Counted from the stretch's first letter, positions 1 through 10,703 are shown. The stretch is DNA of 64,000 nt from Candidatus Hydrogenedentota bacterium (GCA_963674865.2 CAXXYE010000003.1:128001-192000), one strand, 5' to 3'. Numbers and translations are program-made. The notes: generated by a model from the letters alone, not told the origin.

Positions 1-1378
1 GGGGCTCGCACGCCTCATAGCCGTATCCCTCCAGCGGCTCACGATAGATATCCGTCACTTGGACGCGCATTTCACCTCTCGCGACGTCGGCATTCACCAA
101 CAGATCGCCGCCGGGCCACAAGAGCGGGCGTGTGACAACCGTGCTCATCTGGCCTCGCTCGTCGGCCTGGATGGCCACGAGCCGCTCCTTGCCGAACTTC
201 AGGAGGCCGAGGCCCGCCTGCCGATCCCGCACGTCATGAAATCCGTCGTATGCGGAGTAGTAGAGCCACCACTCATTGCCATGCTCGATGACTCTGTCGC
301 CGCTGAACGTCATGCCGTCATCCCAGGCGCCTTCCTGCCCGATGGGGATGATTCGCGGGCGGCCCGGCACGTGGTGCCATTCGAATCCATCGCGACTGTG
401 AACCAGCTCCACCTCGATGGATTGGGGCGTCTCCGCAAATTGAAGCAGCATGCCCCAGTAGACGCCGCCATAGAGAAATGTCGGCATGCCGTAGAACCGG
501 CCCGCGTCATCGCGATCCGGCAGAAGCACCGTCGTTGGCATCGCGCCCCACAAGGCCCATAGCTCCGAGCTGGATAGGCGCGCCATCATGCGCGTGTTGC
601 CCTTCTTCGGATCGCCCTTCGGCGCCTCGAAGATCCGCCGGTTCCTGAAGAAAGTGACGAACTCCTTCCTAGCCTCGTCATAAACGATGGTGTGGTAACA
701 GTCGATGCGGTGATCCAGGATCATCTCCTGGCGCTCCTGCCAGTGGATGCCGTCCTCCGACGTGGCGAGGTAGTGTTTGGCATCCCCGTAGTACATGACA
801 AAGCGGTGTCCTCGGAGGCAATCGGCTGGCACGGCTCCTAGGTTTTGTATCCGCCCGCCACGCGGTGCGTCGGCGACGAGAACGTGGGGAACATGCGCCT
901 CACTTTCCCCCAGGATAACGATATTTGTCCTCTCGTGAGTCCCCCAAGGATGGATATCCATCAGAGGCTTTTCCCAATGGACGCCATCCGCTGATTCAGC
1001 GTAGCAGATGATGTAGCGCTGCGAGGGATAGCCCGGCTCGCCTTTGTTTGCGTTCCAGACTTGGTAGTAGAGGCGAAACCGGCTCGCTTCAGCATCGTAC
1101 ACGACGGAGGGATAGCCGATGCCGCGCGAGTCCCACGGCCAGTCAGGATTGCCCGTAAGCACCGGCTCCGGCAAGCGCTTCGGCTGCATTAGCACGTGGC
1201 CTACGCGCGCCGAGATGAACTCCTCGTTATAGCGGTTTTCTACGAGATAGTCGTCGACGAACATCTGCGGCTCGTTGAGCCGGATCACCCGATACGTTTC
1301 GGGCGCGAGTCCTTCTGGTATCTCGGCCTCGGCGGCGCACAGGGCACTCAATACCGGAATAACGGCCAGCGCACTCAT
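1..1378 (-). CDS. Secreted beta-propeller glycoside hydrolase-like protein (GH32/GH43/GH130-like fold); 3' end runs off the window
   Basis: Not in the ORF track (no stop inside the window). Both ends were translated by hand in the same frame: ATG at 1378, MSALAVIPVLSALCAAEAE (signal-like), QMFVDDYLVE, YPSVVYD, ICYAESADGVHWEKP, and near the edge VVTRPLLWPGGDLLVNAD. Confidence 0.7.
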   Translation of the reverse strand, partial: MSALAVIPVLSALCAAEAEIPEGLAPETYRVIRLNEPQMFVDDYLVENRYNEEFISARVGHVLMQPKRLPEPVLTGNPDWPWDSRGIGYPSVVYDAEASRFRLYYQVWNANKGEPGYPSQRYIICYAESADGVHWEKPLMDIHPWGTHERTNIVILGESEAHVPHVLVADAPRGGRIQNLGAVPADCLRGHRFVMYYGDAKHYLATSEDGIHWQERQEMILDHRIDCYHTIVYDEARKEFVTFFRNRRIFEAPKGDPKKGNTRMMARLSSSELWALWGAMPTTVLLPDRDDAGRFYGMPTFLYGGVYWGMLLQFAETPQSIEVELVHSRDGFEWHHVPGRPRIIPIGQEGAWDDGMTFSGDRVIEHGNEWWLYYSAYDGFHDVRDRQAGLGLLKFGKERLVAIQADERGQMSTVVTRPLLWPGGDLLVNADVARGEMRVQVTDIYREPLEGYGYEACEP

Positions 1379-1422
1379 TGTCCTGCCCTCTCTAGTCAGT
1401 CCCTATGTCCGCGATCGCCGGT

Positions 1423-2979
1423 TTACATATCGCCACGTTCACGCATGCGCCGGACATAGTCCTTTGTTTCGTGAGCGACAACGCCCGAGAGTCCGAGAAG
1501 AGCGATCAGGTTGGGAACTGCCATTAACGCGTTAAGGTTGTCGGCGATCGTCCAGACGAGATCCAGCCCGCTAACCGTGCCGATGATAACGAAGAGGCAG
1601 AAGACGAGCCGGTAAGGCTTTACGGCCCAAGGCCCCAGCAGGTACTCCCAGCAGCGATCCCCGTAATACGACCACGAGATCATCGTCGAGTACGCAAAGA
1701 AGACAATGCCCAGCGCCACAATCCATTGGCCTACGCGGCCGAGGCCCTCCTCGAAGGCGGAGGCGGTTAGTGCGGCGCCTGTCGGGACGGGATAGTATTC
1801 CCCGGCCTTGTCTCTGAAGGGCGCGCCCTCCTCACCGACGTGCCCGACCACTTGCATCCCCTGGCCGTCAACTTCCGCGCGAACCGACACGCCCTGGCCG
1901 CCGGGACCGTACAAGAGCGCGCCGTCCTCTGCGTGTACTTGCCACGTTCCCGTCACCACGATGACAAGGGCTGTCATCGTGCAGACGACGAGCGTATCGA
2001 CGAACGGGCCCAGCATGGCCACGAAGCCCTCGCGGATCATCTCCGTCGTCTTGGCGGCCGCATGCGCCATCGGCGCCGAGCCAAGCCCCGACTCGTTGCT
2101 GAATACGCCGCGGGCGACGCCCTTCTGCACGGTGCGCTGCATGACAATCCCGACGAACCCGCCGCCCGCCGCCATGGGCGTGAAAGCGTAGCGGAAGATC
2201 TGGGCCAGCGCGCCGGGCACGGCAGGTGCGAACCGCACCAGAACGATCAGTGCGCCCAGGATGTAAAAGGCACACATGAAAGGCACAATGTGTGCAGCCA
2301 CTCGGGCGATTCGTCGGATGCCTCCGAGGATGACAAGTCCGACCAACACGGCCAGCACCACGCCGATGACCGGCTTGAGCAGAACCGTGCCGCCGGCCAA
2401 GGGGAGCGTCTCCGGCAGGCGAGGGCCGTGGAAGCCGGCCGGTATAAGGCTCAACAAGGCGTCAGTGACGGAGTTGGACTGTACGGCACACCCGATGCCG
2501 AAGGAGGCGAGCCCCGCGAACAGCGCGAACAGGACGCCAAGCCACTTCTGTCCAAGCCCTAGACTCAGGTAGTACATCGGGCCGCCCGAGGCGCTGCCGT
2601 CGTCATGGATCATCCGGTACCGCAAAGCCAGCGAGCAGCTTGTGAATTTCGTGGCCATACCGACCAGCGCCGTTACCCACATCCAAAACACCGCCCCGGG
2701 GCCTCCCAAAGCGATAGCCGTCGCCACGCCCGCAATGTTGCCGGTGCCTATTGTGGCCGACAGGGCCGCGGCCAGCGCCTGGAAGTGCGAAATCTCGCCT
2801 TCCTCCGTGGGATCGTCATAGCCGCCCCAGATGCACTTCAAGCTATGGCCCAGGTATCGGAGTTGGACGAAGCGGAGGCGAACGGTGAGGTAGAGTCCCG
2901 TGCCGACGAGGAGCAGGATCATGATCGGACCCCACACCAGGCCGTTCATCCGTGCCATGAGGTCGGGGAACGATGTCAT
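1423..2979 (-). CDS. Sodium:alanine/glycine symporter (AGCS/AlsT family)
   Basis: ATIGTGNIAGVATAI, GGPGAVFWMW, RGVFSNESGLGSAP motifs. Start moved to MTSFPDL (ATG 2979) after a GGAG RBS. Confidence 0.93.
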   Translation of the reverse strand: MTSFPDLMARMNGLVWGPIMILLLVGTGLYLTVRLRFVQLRYLGHSLKCIWGGYDDPTEEGEISHFQALAAALSATIGTGNIAGVATAIALGGPGAVFWMWVTALVGMATKFTSCSLALRYRMIHDDGSASGGPMYYLSLGLGQKWLGVLFALFAGLASFGIGCAVQSNSVTDALLSLIPAGFHGPRLPETLPLAGGTVLLKPVIGVVLAVLVGLVILGGIRRIARVAAHIVPFMCAFYILGALIVLVRFAPAVPGALAQIFRYAFTPMAAGGGFVGIVMQRTVQKGVARGVFSNESGLGSAPMAHAAAKTTEMIREGFVAMLGPFVDTLVVCTMTALVIVVTGTWQVHAEDGALLYGPGGQGVSVRAEVDGQGMQVVGHVGEEGAPFRDKAGEYYPVPTGAALTASAFEEGLGRVGQWIVALGIVFFAYSTMISWSYYGDRCWEYLLGPWAVKPYRLVFCLFVIIGTVSGLDLVWTIADNLNALMAVPNLIALLGLSGVVAHETKDYVRRMRERGDM

Positions 2980-3459
2980 GCCGGTTGGCTCCTTCCGCGC
3001 GTTGCACGTATTGCAGGCTATGGTAACGTGTTGCCCTAATCGAGGCAAACGGCAATCGCCGAATGACTGAGAGCCCGCGAAGGAATATCGGAGGAAGAGG
3101 GACACACTCGCCGCTCTCAAAGACCGGCGAGCGATCTCACAATTGGCCCTGCGTGCGGTGCAATTGGCAACTCGGCCACCGGGCGAATCCGCCGGAAGTC
3201 TTGAATGGCCGGCACTGAGCTGCTAGTGTTCTGACACATCATTGACATCACCTACTTGCACAGCAAGACCCGCCCAAGGTGTGCTGGAGCATGGAGATCC
3301 GGGTGCGCTTCGACGTCCCGACCTCAGCAGGCGCCCCGGACATGGCTTGGCAGCCCGGGAGAAGCGTCTTCGAGTACTCAGACTGTGGCAGAATATTCGT
3401 GAGCGTGTGCAGCGTCTTGTGATTTCCAAAGCATTAGAACGTCCGCCGGCCTATCCCGG

Positions 3460-4647
3460 ATGGACAGTGCGAGGCCCCTCCCAGTGACTGTGTTTTCCCA
3501 GCTCAAGACCGCGACAAGGATAGCCCGTCTTGTCGCGACCTCGAAACAGACGTTGTCATTGGCCTATCTGATTACCATGCGCTGCAATGCGCGATGCAAA
3601 ATGTGCCTTTGGTGGCGAGAGGTCTACGGAGAGAGCCGGCAACACGATAACGAATTATCGCTAGAGCAAATCGACGCGTTTTCACGAAGCGTGGGGCCGC
3701 AAGTGAGGATCGAAGTAACCGGCGGCGAACCCTTCCTTCGCAAAGACATAGAGGACGCGCTCCTCATTCTAGGCCACAACTGCCGCCCTGTGGTGTATAC
3801 CATTAGCACCAATGGAAGCCTTACCGAGCGTATCGTCAAAGCTACGCGAGCGCTGTGCAAGGCCGTTCCGGATACGCATGTGCGCGTCAATATCTCTTTG
3901 GACGGCGTCGAAGACACCCATGATGAAATACGCAATTTCCCAGGTCTTTACCAGAGAGCCCGCGGGACCTTCCGCGAACTTCGCGCCCTGCGCGGCGAAT
4001 ACCCAAATCTCACCGCCAATGTCACCACGGTGCTCTCCGGCTACAATCATCACAACATCAGCGAGATTCTCGATGGCCTGCGCCGTGATATGCGCCCCGA
4101 TCGTTTAGGGATTATGCTGGCGCGTGGCCACACTCCCGAGGAGAAAGCGAAGTCTGTTTCGCTCGACGAATACGCTCGCGTTTTGGAGGAAAACCGGCGG
4201 GGGGCGATGTCGCCGGAAGAGCGCCCCCATTATCTCAGCCGCCTCGGACAAGCTCTCGATAGCGAGCTGACCAAAGTCATCCTGCACAACGCCCGTCACC
4301 AATGCCAGGCTATCCCCTGCCTGGGTGGTATCAAGCATGTCATGGTCATGGCCGACGGAACGCTCCTCCCGTGCGATGTCCTGGGGCCGTTCCTCGAGGA
4401 GCATCCCTGCAAGGCCCTTCCGGATCCTATCATGGCTCGCCTTGAAGACTACGACTACTCCATTCCCAAAGCGCTCGAATCCACACGGGCGCGAAAAGTG
4501 CAGGGCTTCATCCGGGGGGGCGGTTGTTGGTGTACGTCCGATTGTGGAGTTCTGCCCAGTCTCATGCTGAACCCGAAGCTATATCCAACGCTCGCATGGG
4601 CGGGAATGCGCTGCGCCTTGCGAAGTCTTCGGACGACGTCCCGTTAG
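3460..4647 (+). CDS. Radical SAM protein with C-terminal Cys-rich (SPASM/twitch-like) region
   Basis: CNARCKMC (CxxxCxxC), TGGEPFLR, STNG, ISLDG; C-terminal IPCLGG...LLPCD...CWCTSDC. Start uncertain. Confidence 0.88.
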   Translation: MDSARPLPVTVFSQLKTATRIARLVATSKQTLSLAYLITMRCNARCKMCLWWREVYGESRQHDNELSLEQIDAFSRSVGPQVRIEVTGGEPFLRKDIEDALLILGHNCRPVVYTISTNGSLTERIVKATRALCKAVPDTHVRVNISLDGVEDTHDEIRNFPGLYQRARGTFRELRALRGEYPNLTANVTTVLSGYNHHNISEILDGLRRDMRPDRLGIMLARGHTPEEKAKSVSLDEYARVLEENRRGAMSPEERPHYLSRLGQALDSELTKVILHNARHQCQAIPCLGGIKHVMVMADGTLLPCDVLGPFLEEHPCKALPDPIMARLEDYDYSIPKALESTRARKVQGFIRGGGCWCTSDCGVLPSLMLNPKLYPTLAWAGMRCALRSLRTTSR

Positions 4648-4923
4648 TACAAGGGCTCAACGGTTGGATGGTGCATTGGCCCTGCCATGGCGCGGCACCG
4701 TAGAGTCCTTCCTGCCGCTGCTTCCCACCATTGCCAATTCCACCCCGAGTTATGGCAAGATAGAGGTCAGCTGGCAGGTGGTCAAGGCGGTGGATAGGCC
4801 CCTCGCCTTCGAGCCGGCCCGCCGCCGCCGGAGACCTAGCGGCGACGTAAGCGCGTGTGGGCATTTTGGGGAATCCGGCTCTTGCCGGATCGAAACATCG
4901 ATGCGTGGAGAAGGAAGAAGAAT

Positions 4924-5475
4924 ATGAGATTCAGGCTTATTCCGGTGCTTGGGGCTGCTTTGGTTGTATCGGTGCTGACGCTGTCAAACGTCTCCTCGAC
5001 ATTTGCTCAGAGGGAAGGCGCGGACTACAAGATCGGGATCGTCGATCTGCAGCAGGTGATGAACAGCTATGACAAGCAGACTCAGAAGAGCGAGGAGTTC
5101 AACAAGGAAGCCGAGAAGCAGCGGGAAGAAATCAAGAAGCTCAAAGAGAATTTCAAGGAAGAACTGACCCAGTTCTCCGAAGAGCAAGCGGAATTGAGTG
5201 AAGCCGACCGCAGCGAACGGGAAGCGGAACTCGACCGGAGGGCGTGGGAACTCGAGGGTGAGGAACGCCAGGTTGAGGCCAATCTTGCGCGCAAGTACCG
5301 GCGCCTCAAAGAAGAGTTGCTCAAAGACATCGTGAAGGCCGTCGACGAAATCGGCAGCAGAGACAACTACCACCTGATCCTGGAGGCGGATCCGGAGACC
5401 CGGACGGGCGTGCTGTATTTCACGCCGACCATCAATATGACCGCCAAGGTGATCGACCTGCTTAACAAGACGTGA
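4924..5475 (+). CDS. OmpH/Skp periplasmic chaperone
   Basis: Signal peptide, KIGIVDLQQV, long coiled coil, C-terminal INMTAKVIDLLN. Confidence 0.85.
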   Translation: MRFRLIPVLGAALVVSVLTLSNVSSTFAQREGADYKIGIVDLQQVMNSYDKQTQKSEEFNKEAEKQREEIKKLKENFKEELTQFSEEQAELSEADRSEREAELDRRAWELEGEERQVEANLARKYRRLKEELLKDIVKAVDEIGSRDNYHLILEADPETRTGVLYFTPTINMTAKVIDLLNKT

Positions 5476-5509
5476 TCACGCACAACGTGCGATGAGGATC
5501 GCGGGCAGG

Positions 5510-6232
5510 TTAGCTGGGCTTCAGTCCGGTGAGCCGGTGCAGGCGGTTGATCTCGCTGTCGTTAAGGTAACGCCACTCGCCGGGCCGAAGACCCTTCACG
5601 CGAATGCCGCCCACGGCGATGCGGCGCAGTTCCCGGACGGGGTGCCCAACCGCCTCGCACATTCGCTTGATCTCACGCTTCCTGCCCTCACGCAGTACAA
5701 GCCGGACAAGCGTTGTCTGCGCCCCCGTGTTCAGGATAATGACCTCCGCCGGGCCCGTCTTGCCGTCTTCGAGTTTGACGCCCTTCTCGATCCGTACCGC
5801 CGTCTCCGGCGTCATGACCCCATTCACCCATGCCAGGTAGATCTTGGCCACCTGGTACGAGGGATGGGTGAGACGGAAGGCCAAGTCGCCATCGTTGGTG
5901 AGAAGCAGGGCCCCCTCTACATCCTTATCCAGGCGTCCCACGGGGAAAACACGTGCCCGAACGCCCATGACACAGTCGATGACGGTTTTTCGATCGTGGG
6001 TGTCCTTGACGCTCGTTATCACGCCACAAGGCTTGTTGAGAATGATGTAGACCTTGCCGTCCCGATCCAGTGAACGGCCATCGACCGCCACTTTATCCAC
6101 CGCCGGATCAACCACGTCGCCGATACCTGCGGTCTTGCCGTTTACGGTTACGCGGCCGGCGCCGATGAGTTGCTCCGAAGCCCTGCGGGAGGCTACGCCG
6201 CACTCGGCAAGGTATTTCTGGAGTCGTATCAC
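5510..6232 (-). CDS. rluB: rRNA pseudouridine synthase (RsuA/RluB family) with S4 domain
   Basis: RLQKYLAECGVASRR, LNKP, FPVGRLDKD, EGRKREIKRM; adjacent to scpB. Confidence 0.88.
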   Translation of the reverse strand: MIRLQKYLAECGVASRRASEQLIGAGRVTVNGKTAGIGDVVDPAVDKVAVDGRSLDRDGKVYIILNKPCGVITSVKDTHDRKTVIDCVMGVRARVFPVGRLDKDVEGALLLTNDGDLAFRLTHPSYQVAKIYLAWVNGVMTPETAVRIEKGVKLEDGKTGPAEVIILNTGAQTTLVRLVLREGRKREIKRMCEAVGHPVRELRRIAVGGIRVKGLRPGEWRYLNDSEINRLHRLTGLKPS

Positions 6233-6236
6233 GCCC

Positions 6237-6815
6237 TTAACTCATTTCCCGAAGTTCTTCTATCGAAGGAAGCTCCTTGAGATTCTTCATCCCAAAGTGG
6301 AGCAGAAACTCGTCCGTGGTGCGGAAAAGTTTCGGCCGGCCAGGGACCTCCGCCACGCCGGCAACCTTGATTAGTCTGCGCTCGAGCAAGTTATCGAAGG
6401 CGTAGGAGACGCTTACGCCGCGAATGGATTCTACCTCGGCCCGCGTGACGGGCTGTTTGTAGGCGATGATGGCGAGTGTCTCGAGCAGGGCGCGTGAGAG
6501 GCGTTGGGCCTTCTTCACCTGGAAAAGGCGGCGCACGAACGGCGCAAACTCGGGCTTCGTCGTGAGTTGATATCCGCCCGCGATCTCCCGCAGTAGGAAA
6601 GGCACTTCCTGGCTGGCCAGGTCCTCTCGCAACTCGGCCAACAGATTTGCCACAACATCCGGATCGGCATCTCCCAAGGTTTCCGCGATGCGCGTGGCGC
6701 TGATGGGTGAATCGCTGACGAACAGCATGGCGTAAATCGCCTGCCTCGTCTCATCACGACTAAGCGTTTCGACGGGCTCCAGCTCGTCGACATCCTCGGT
6801 AGGTCGTTCTGTCAT
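6237..6815 (-). CDS. scpB: SMC-Scp complex subunit ScpB
   Basis: LSRALLETLAIIAYKQPVTRAEVESIRGV, GRPKLFRTTDEFL. Confidence 0.95.
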   Translation of the reverse strand: MTERPTEDVDELEPVETLSRDETRQAIYAMLFVSDSPISATRIAETLGDADPDVVANLLAELREDLASQEVPFLLREIAGGYQLTTKPEFAPFVRRLFQVKKAQRLSRALLETLAIIAYKQPVTRAEVESIRGVSVSYAFDNLLERRLIKVAGVAEVPGRPKLFRTTDEFLLHFGMKNLKELPSIEELREMS

Positions 6816-6820
6816 GACTC

Positions 6821-7834
6821 TTATAGCGTCTTCCCGACGATTTCGAGCAAAGAAGGAATGGACTTCATCAAGTCCCCGAACCTCTTAGGCGTAAGCGACT
6901 CGGCTCCATCTGAATAGGCTACCTCAGGATTGGGGTGGACCTCAAGCATGAGTCCATCGGCCCCAGACACGGCCGCGGCCATGGCCATCGGCGTGACAAG
7001 TTCCCAATGCCCCGTGGCATGGCTGGGATCAACCACGACCGGCAGATGCGTCAGCTTCTTGAGAACCGGTACGGCGCTGAGGTCGAGGGTATGCCGCGTC
7101 TCAGTCTCGAAGGTGCGAATGCCGCGTTCGCAAAGGACGACGTTCCGGTTGCCCTCCGACATGATGTACTCCGCCGACATGAGCAATTCCTTGATGGTTG
7201 ACATCATGCCGCGTTTCAGGAATACGGGCTTGTTTATTCGACCTAACTCCTTGAGCAAGGCGAAGTTCTGCATGTTGCGCGCGCCCACCTGAAGCATGTC
7301 GGCATGCTCCGCCACCAGGGACACCTTCTCCGGTGTAAGCACCTCGGTGACAAACGGCAAGCCCGTTTCGGCTCGCGCTTCGGAAAGCAGCTTCAGGCCC
7401 TCGTCCTCAAGCCCCTGGAATGAGTAGGGAGAGGTGCGAGGCTTATATGCGCCGCCCCGCAGCATCACCGCCCCCGACTCCTTGACGCTCTTCGCCGTCG
7501 AGAGTATCTGTTCACGCGACTCGACAGAGCACGGGCCGGCGATCACGGAAAAGTGCTTGCCGCCAAATCGGGCCGGCCCGACCTCGACTACCGTGTCATC
7601 GTGTTTGACCTCGCGAGCCGCCAGTTTGAACGGATTCAGGATGGGCACGACTTTCTCGACGTGGGAAAGGGATTCGAGGGACTGCAAACGGTGTTTCCCT
7701 CGCTCATCTCCTACGGCAGCGATGACGGTGCGTTCAACACCGACAATGAGATGTGCCTTGTAGCCCAGTTCCTCGACTTTGGCTACGACGTGATCGATGT
7801 CCTCCTGCTTGCGGGAGGCCATGACAATGATCAT
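6821..7834 (-). CDS. aroF: 3-deoxy-7-phosphoheptulonate (DAHP) synthase, type I-beta with N-terminal regulatory domain
   Basis: MIIVM start, [39 protein letters not shown]. Confidence 0.95.
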   Translation of the reverse strand: MIIVMASRKQEDIDHVVAKVEELGYKAHLIVGVERTVIAAVGDERGKHRLQSLESLSHVEKVVPILNPFKLAAREVKHDDTVVEVGPARFGGKHFSVIAGPCSVESREQILSTAKSVKESGAVMLRGGAYKPRTSPYSFQGLEDEGLKLLSEARAETGLPFVTEVLTPEKVSLVAEHADMLQVGARNMQNFALLKELGRINKPVFLKRGMMSTIKELLMSAEYIMSEGNRNVVLCERGIRTFETETRHTLDLSAVPVLKKLTHLPVVVDPSHATGHWELVTPMAMAAAVSGADGLMLEVHPNPEVAYSDGAESLTPKRFGDLMKSIPSLLEIVGKTL

Positions 7835-7936
7835 GGGCCGGATATGTCTCCTTTGTGAGCCGCCATGTCTCATTCCATCAAGAAGGGAGAGTATAATGTT
7901 TGCCCGGAACGAAAAGCAACGCGCCCGTGAGCGCAA

Positions 7937-9167
7937 CTAAGTGATCCCCAGTTTTGCGATAGGTGCATGAATAAGGGCCAAACACGAGTTTCCGACCTGT
8001 ATACTGGCGAAAGTCGACCAAAACCGTCGTCAGCAGGAGGATTTTTCATGTTTGGCCCGAGCAAGATTATGAAGTGGTTCGACCGGAATCTGCAAGAGGT
8101 GCGACGGTCGCGACGCAAGACGCTGGCCCATATCGCGGCAGGAGCCATGAAGATGAAAGGGGTCGGCGTGTTGGCGTTGGGACGCGCCATGGATGGCCCG
8201 GCACTCGCAAAGCACCGTATTAAAAGGGTGGATCGCTTCTTAGGCAATGAGCAGGTGGAAGCCTTCGCCATTGCCAAGGCGTTGTTCAACATCCTGCGAG
8301 GCCAAGACCGACGGCCCTTGGTCCTGGTCGATTGGACGGATCGCGGTGCCTTCGAACAACTGGTTCTCTCCATTCCCCAAGACGGCCGCTCTATGCCGTT
8401 CCACGCCATCTCCATCGATTCGACCAAATTCGGGACGGAAAGTGAAGGGGCTCTCATCCAAGCTGAACGAGAGATTCTGCGAGACCTGCACGCCATGTGT
8501 CCGCCCGGCGTGACTCCGATTATCGTGGCCGACCGGGGCTTCGGAAACGAGCGCTGGATACGCGATGTCACAAACTGGGGATGGTGCTTTGTGCAGCGTC
8601 TGTCCAAGAATCATTGGGTCGAAACCGAGCACCACATCGGCACCCTCCCCGAACTGGGGATACGGCGAGGCTATCGCCCCAAAGACTGGGGCTGGGGCAC
8701 GATGGGAGAAAAGGACGCCGACAACAAGACGCCCTTTCGGCTGGTCACCGTCTTCGGTTGGGAGGCCGACGAGCCGTGGTATCTCATTACAAACATTGAA
8801 GATCGCGAGGCCCGGGCCATCACATCCATCTACGCGAAGCGCTGGTGGACTGAAATGATGTTTCGAGATCTGAAGAACCGCAAATGGGGGCTCGGCATGG
8901 ACGAAGTGAAACTCACCTCCCGCCAGCGCACCGCTGTGCACTTCATCATCGTCATGCTTGCCTTCATTCTTCTGTGCGCCTTCGGCGCCTTCGCCGAAAC
9001 CAAAGACTTCGGCGAACAACTCAAAGCAAACACCGCCGAGAACAGAGCCCTCTCCCTCGCCGCCACAGGAAACCACTTCATCGAATTCATCGGACGAACC
9101 ACCGTTGCTATGGCCATCGCTAGATTGGTCTACGCACCTACATAGAACCAAACTGGGGAGTACTCAG
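7937..9167 (+). mobile_element. Complete IS4-family insertion sequence (IS10-like ends), 1231 bp
   Basis: Left end CTAAGTGATCCCCAGTTT from 7937; right end reverse complement CTGAGTACTCCCCAGTTT ending 9167; 9-bp direct repeat TGAGCGCAA at 7928-7936 and 9168-9176. Confidence 0.93.
7967..9145 (+). CDS. IS4-family DDE transposase
   Basis: VDWT, ADRGF and YAKRWWTEMMFRDLK (YREK signature). True start may be ATG 8048 after GGAGG. Confidence 0.93.
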   Translation: MNKGQTRVSDLYTGESRPKPSSAGGFFMFGPSKIMKWFDRNLQEVRRSRRKTLAHIAAGAMKMKGVGVLALGRAMDGPALAKHRIKRVDRFLGNEQVEAFAIAKALFNILRGQDRRPLVLVDWTDRGAFEQLVLSIPQDGRSMPFHAISIDSTKFGTESEGALIQAEREILRDLHAMCPPGVTPIIVADRGFGNERWIRDVTNWGWCFVQRLSKNHWVETEHHIGTLPELGIRRGYRPKDWGWGTMGEKDADNKTPFRLVTVFGWEADEPWYLITNIEDREARAITSIYAKRWWTEMMFRDLKNRKWGLGMDEVKLTSRQRTAVHFIIVMLAFILLCAFGAFAETKDFGEQLKANTAENRALSLAATGNHFIEFIGRTTVAMAIARLVYAPT

Positions 9168-9242
9168 TGAGCGCAATAGTGAGAATTCTTCGAACGATAT
9201 GCCAAGGTATCGCCGCGCTGCCTTGCCTTGCTGGAGCCCTAT

Positions 9243-10703
9243 TCAGCCCCGGACTACCCGCACAACCAGATCATGCCTAAACTCAGGTGTCATGAGGTCG
9301 ACACGCCCGCCCTTAATGCCGGCCCAAGGTGAGTAGAGGCCCGTCACGGGCGAGAAGCAAGCCATTCTGAACGGCCCCTCAGGCAACTCAAGCGTGAGGG
9401 AGCCGCTGATCGGCCCGCCCGCGCCCGGGACCTCGATTTCGCGCTCGTCGGCGAGGTAGACGGCGTAGTCCTCTCCCTCGACCGCAAATACCGCCTCGAC
9501 GGTGTTGGGGGGCTGCTCTTTCAGCCATCCCCGGAGCGGGCGTGCCTTCGCGAGGTCCATGCTGTGGACGAATTCCGAGAGATGCTTCATCCACGTCCGG
9601 ATGCACCGCTGTGAGTCGGGCGTGCCCGTCTCGATATTTGGCAGGATGGAGAAGTCGATGTAGTCATAGTGGCATCCCGAGAGAAGCGTCACCCAAGCGC
9701 GCTTCCTGTGTATCGTCCAGCCGTCCACATCTCGAAACCGGCTTGCCACGTTGTCTTCGTCGCAGTTCAAGGGCTTCCGTTCCCCGGCCGTATCCAGGCA
9801 GAAGTCTCGCAACGCCCGCAGCTTAAGCTCCTTCGACATGAACGTCCCCATGTCGTAGTTCCTGTCTCCGTAGGTCGTATTCGGCAAGGGATGAATATTG
9901 ACCACGTCGAAGAACATCTCGGAGAAAGACAACTCCGACCCTTGCTTGAAACCATCATGCCGGTAGGCCTCTTGCCCCCCAATGAGGTGCCTGTTTTGAG
10001 GCCCTCCCTCCGCATCGCGGATGACTTCCGCCAACACCGTCTGCCAAGCATTTACCTCTTCCTGGCTCGGGCCGCCTTCAATGCCCGGCGTTTCTCCCGT
10101 CGGCTCGTTGCAGATTTCGTAGATGACGTTATCGTAGCCCTTTGTCTCCTCGACAATCTTCCGCACGAGGCTGCACTGCCTCTCGAACAGCTTCGGGTGG
10201 CGCATCGTCAGATACTCGGGATGCGAGATGGTCTCCAAGTCGTTGACATTATTCCGAGCGTTAAGCGGATTGAGCATCCAGATATCATCATTGTACGTGT
10301 TGCTGAGTATCACCACCTCCACAACAATCCCGTAGTCGCTGGCCAGCGATAGGAACCTATGCAGACGCTCGAAGAACTCAGGATTCCACTGATCCAAGTC
10401 GTATTGCGGCAGTCTGTCGATGGCCTTCTCGGGGCCCGTGCGTGGATACGGAGCTACGTAGTCCGTGGACTCGGGCTTACACGTCGAATAGGGATTCTGC
10501 GCGTGCTGCTGCTCGCGAAACAGCATGAATAGCCGGGTGAGAGTCTGTGACTTGTCCCGTGCGTCGGCCAGGTAGCGCTCAAACCGAAACGGCCGGTTTA
10601 TCACCGACCCATAGTGCTCCGTGGCGCACACCAGGACACGCGGTTGGCCGCGAAACTCGAAGCAGCGGGCGTTCTCGGGATGAATGCAAATCGGCTTGGC
10701 CAT
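9243..10703 (-). CDS. GH5/clan GH-A-like TIM-barrel protein with C-terminal beta domain
   Basis: FFERLHRFLSLASDYGIVVEV, YEICNEP (acid/base-like NEP), LNCDED; AAAGGGAG RBS. Confidence 0.65.
   Translation of the reverse strand: MAKPICIHPENARCFEFRGQPRVLVCATEHYGSVINRPFRFERYLADARDKSQTLTRLFMLFREQQHAQNPYSTCKPESTDYVAPYPRTGPEKAIDRLPQYDLDQWNPEFFERLHRFLSLASDYGIVVEVVILSNTYNDDIWMLNPLNARNNVNDLETISHPEYLTMRHPKLFERQCSLVRKIVEETKGYDNVIYEICNEPTGETPGIEGGPSQEEVNAWQTVLAEVIRDAEGGPQNRHLIGGQEAYRHDGFKQGSELSFSEMFFDVVNIHPLPNTTYGDRNYDMGTFMSKELKLRALRDFCLDTAGERKPLNCDEDNVASRFRDVDGWTIHRKRAWVTLLSGCHYDYIDFSILPNIETGTPDSQRCIRTWMKHLSEFVHSMDLAKARPLRGWLKEQPPNTVEAVFAVEGEDYAVYLADEREIEVPGAGGPISGSLTLELPEGPFRMACFSPVTGLYSPWAGIKGGRVDLMTPEFRHDLVVRVVRG

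Noticed and set aside
2980..3150. Glycine riboswitch upstream of the alanine/glycine symporter
   Set aside because: A CTCGCCG/CGGCGAG hairpin and a CTCTCAG are present, but the conserved GGAGA...CCGAAG...CTCAGG core is not found on the coding strand.
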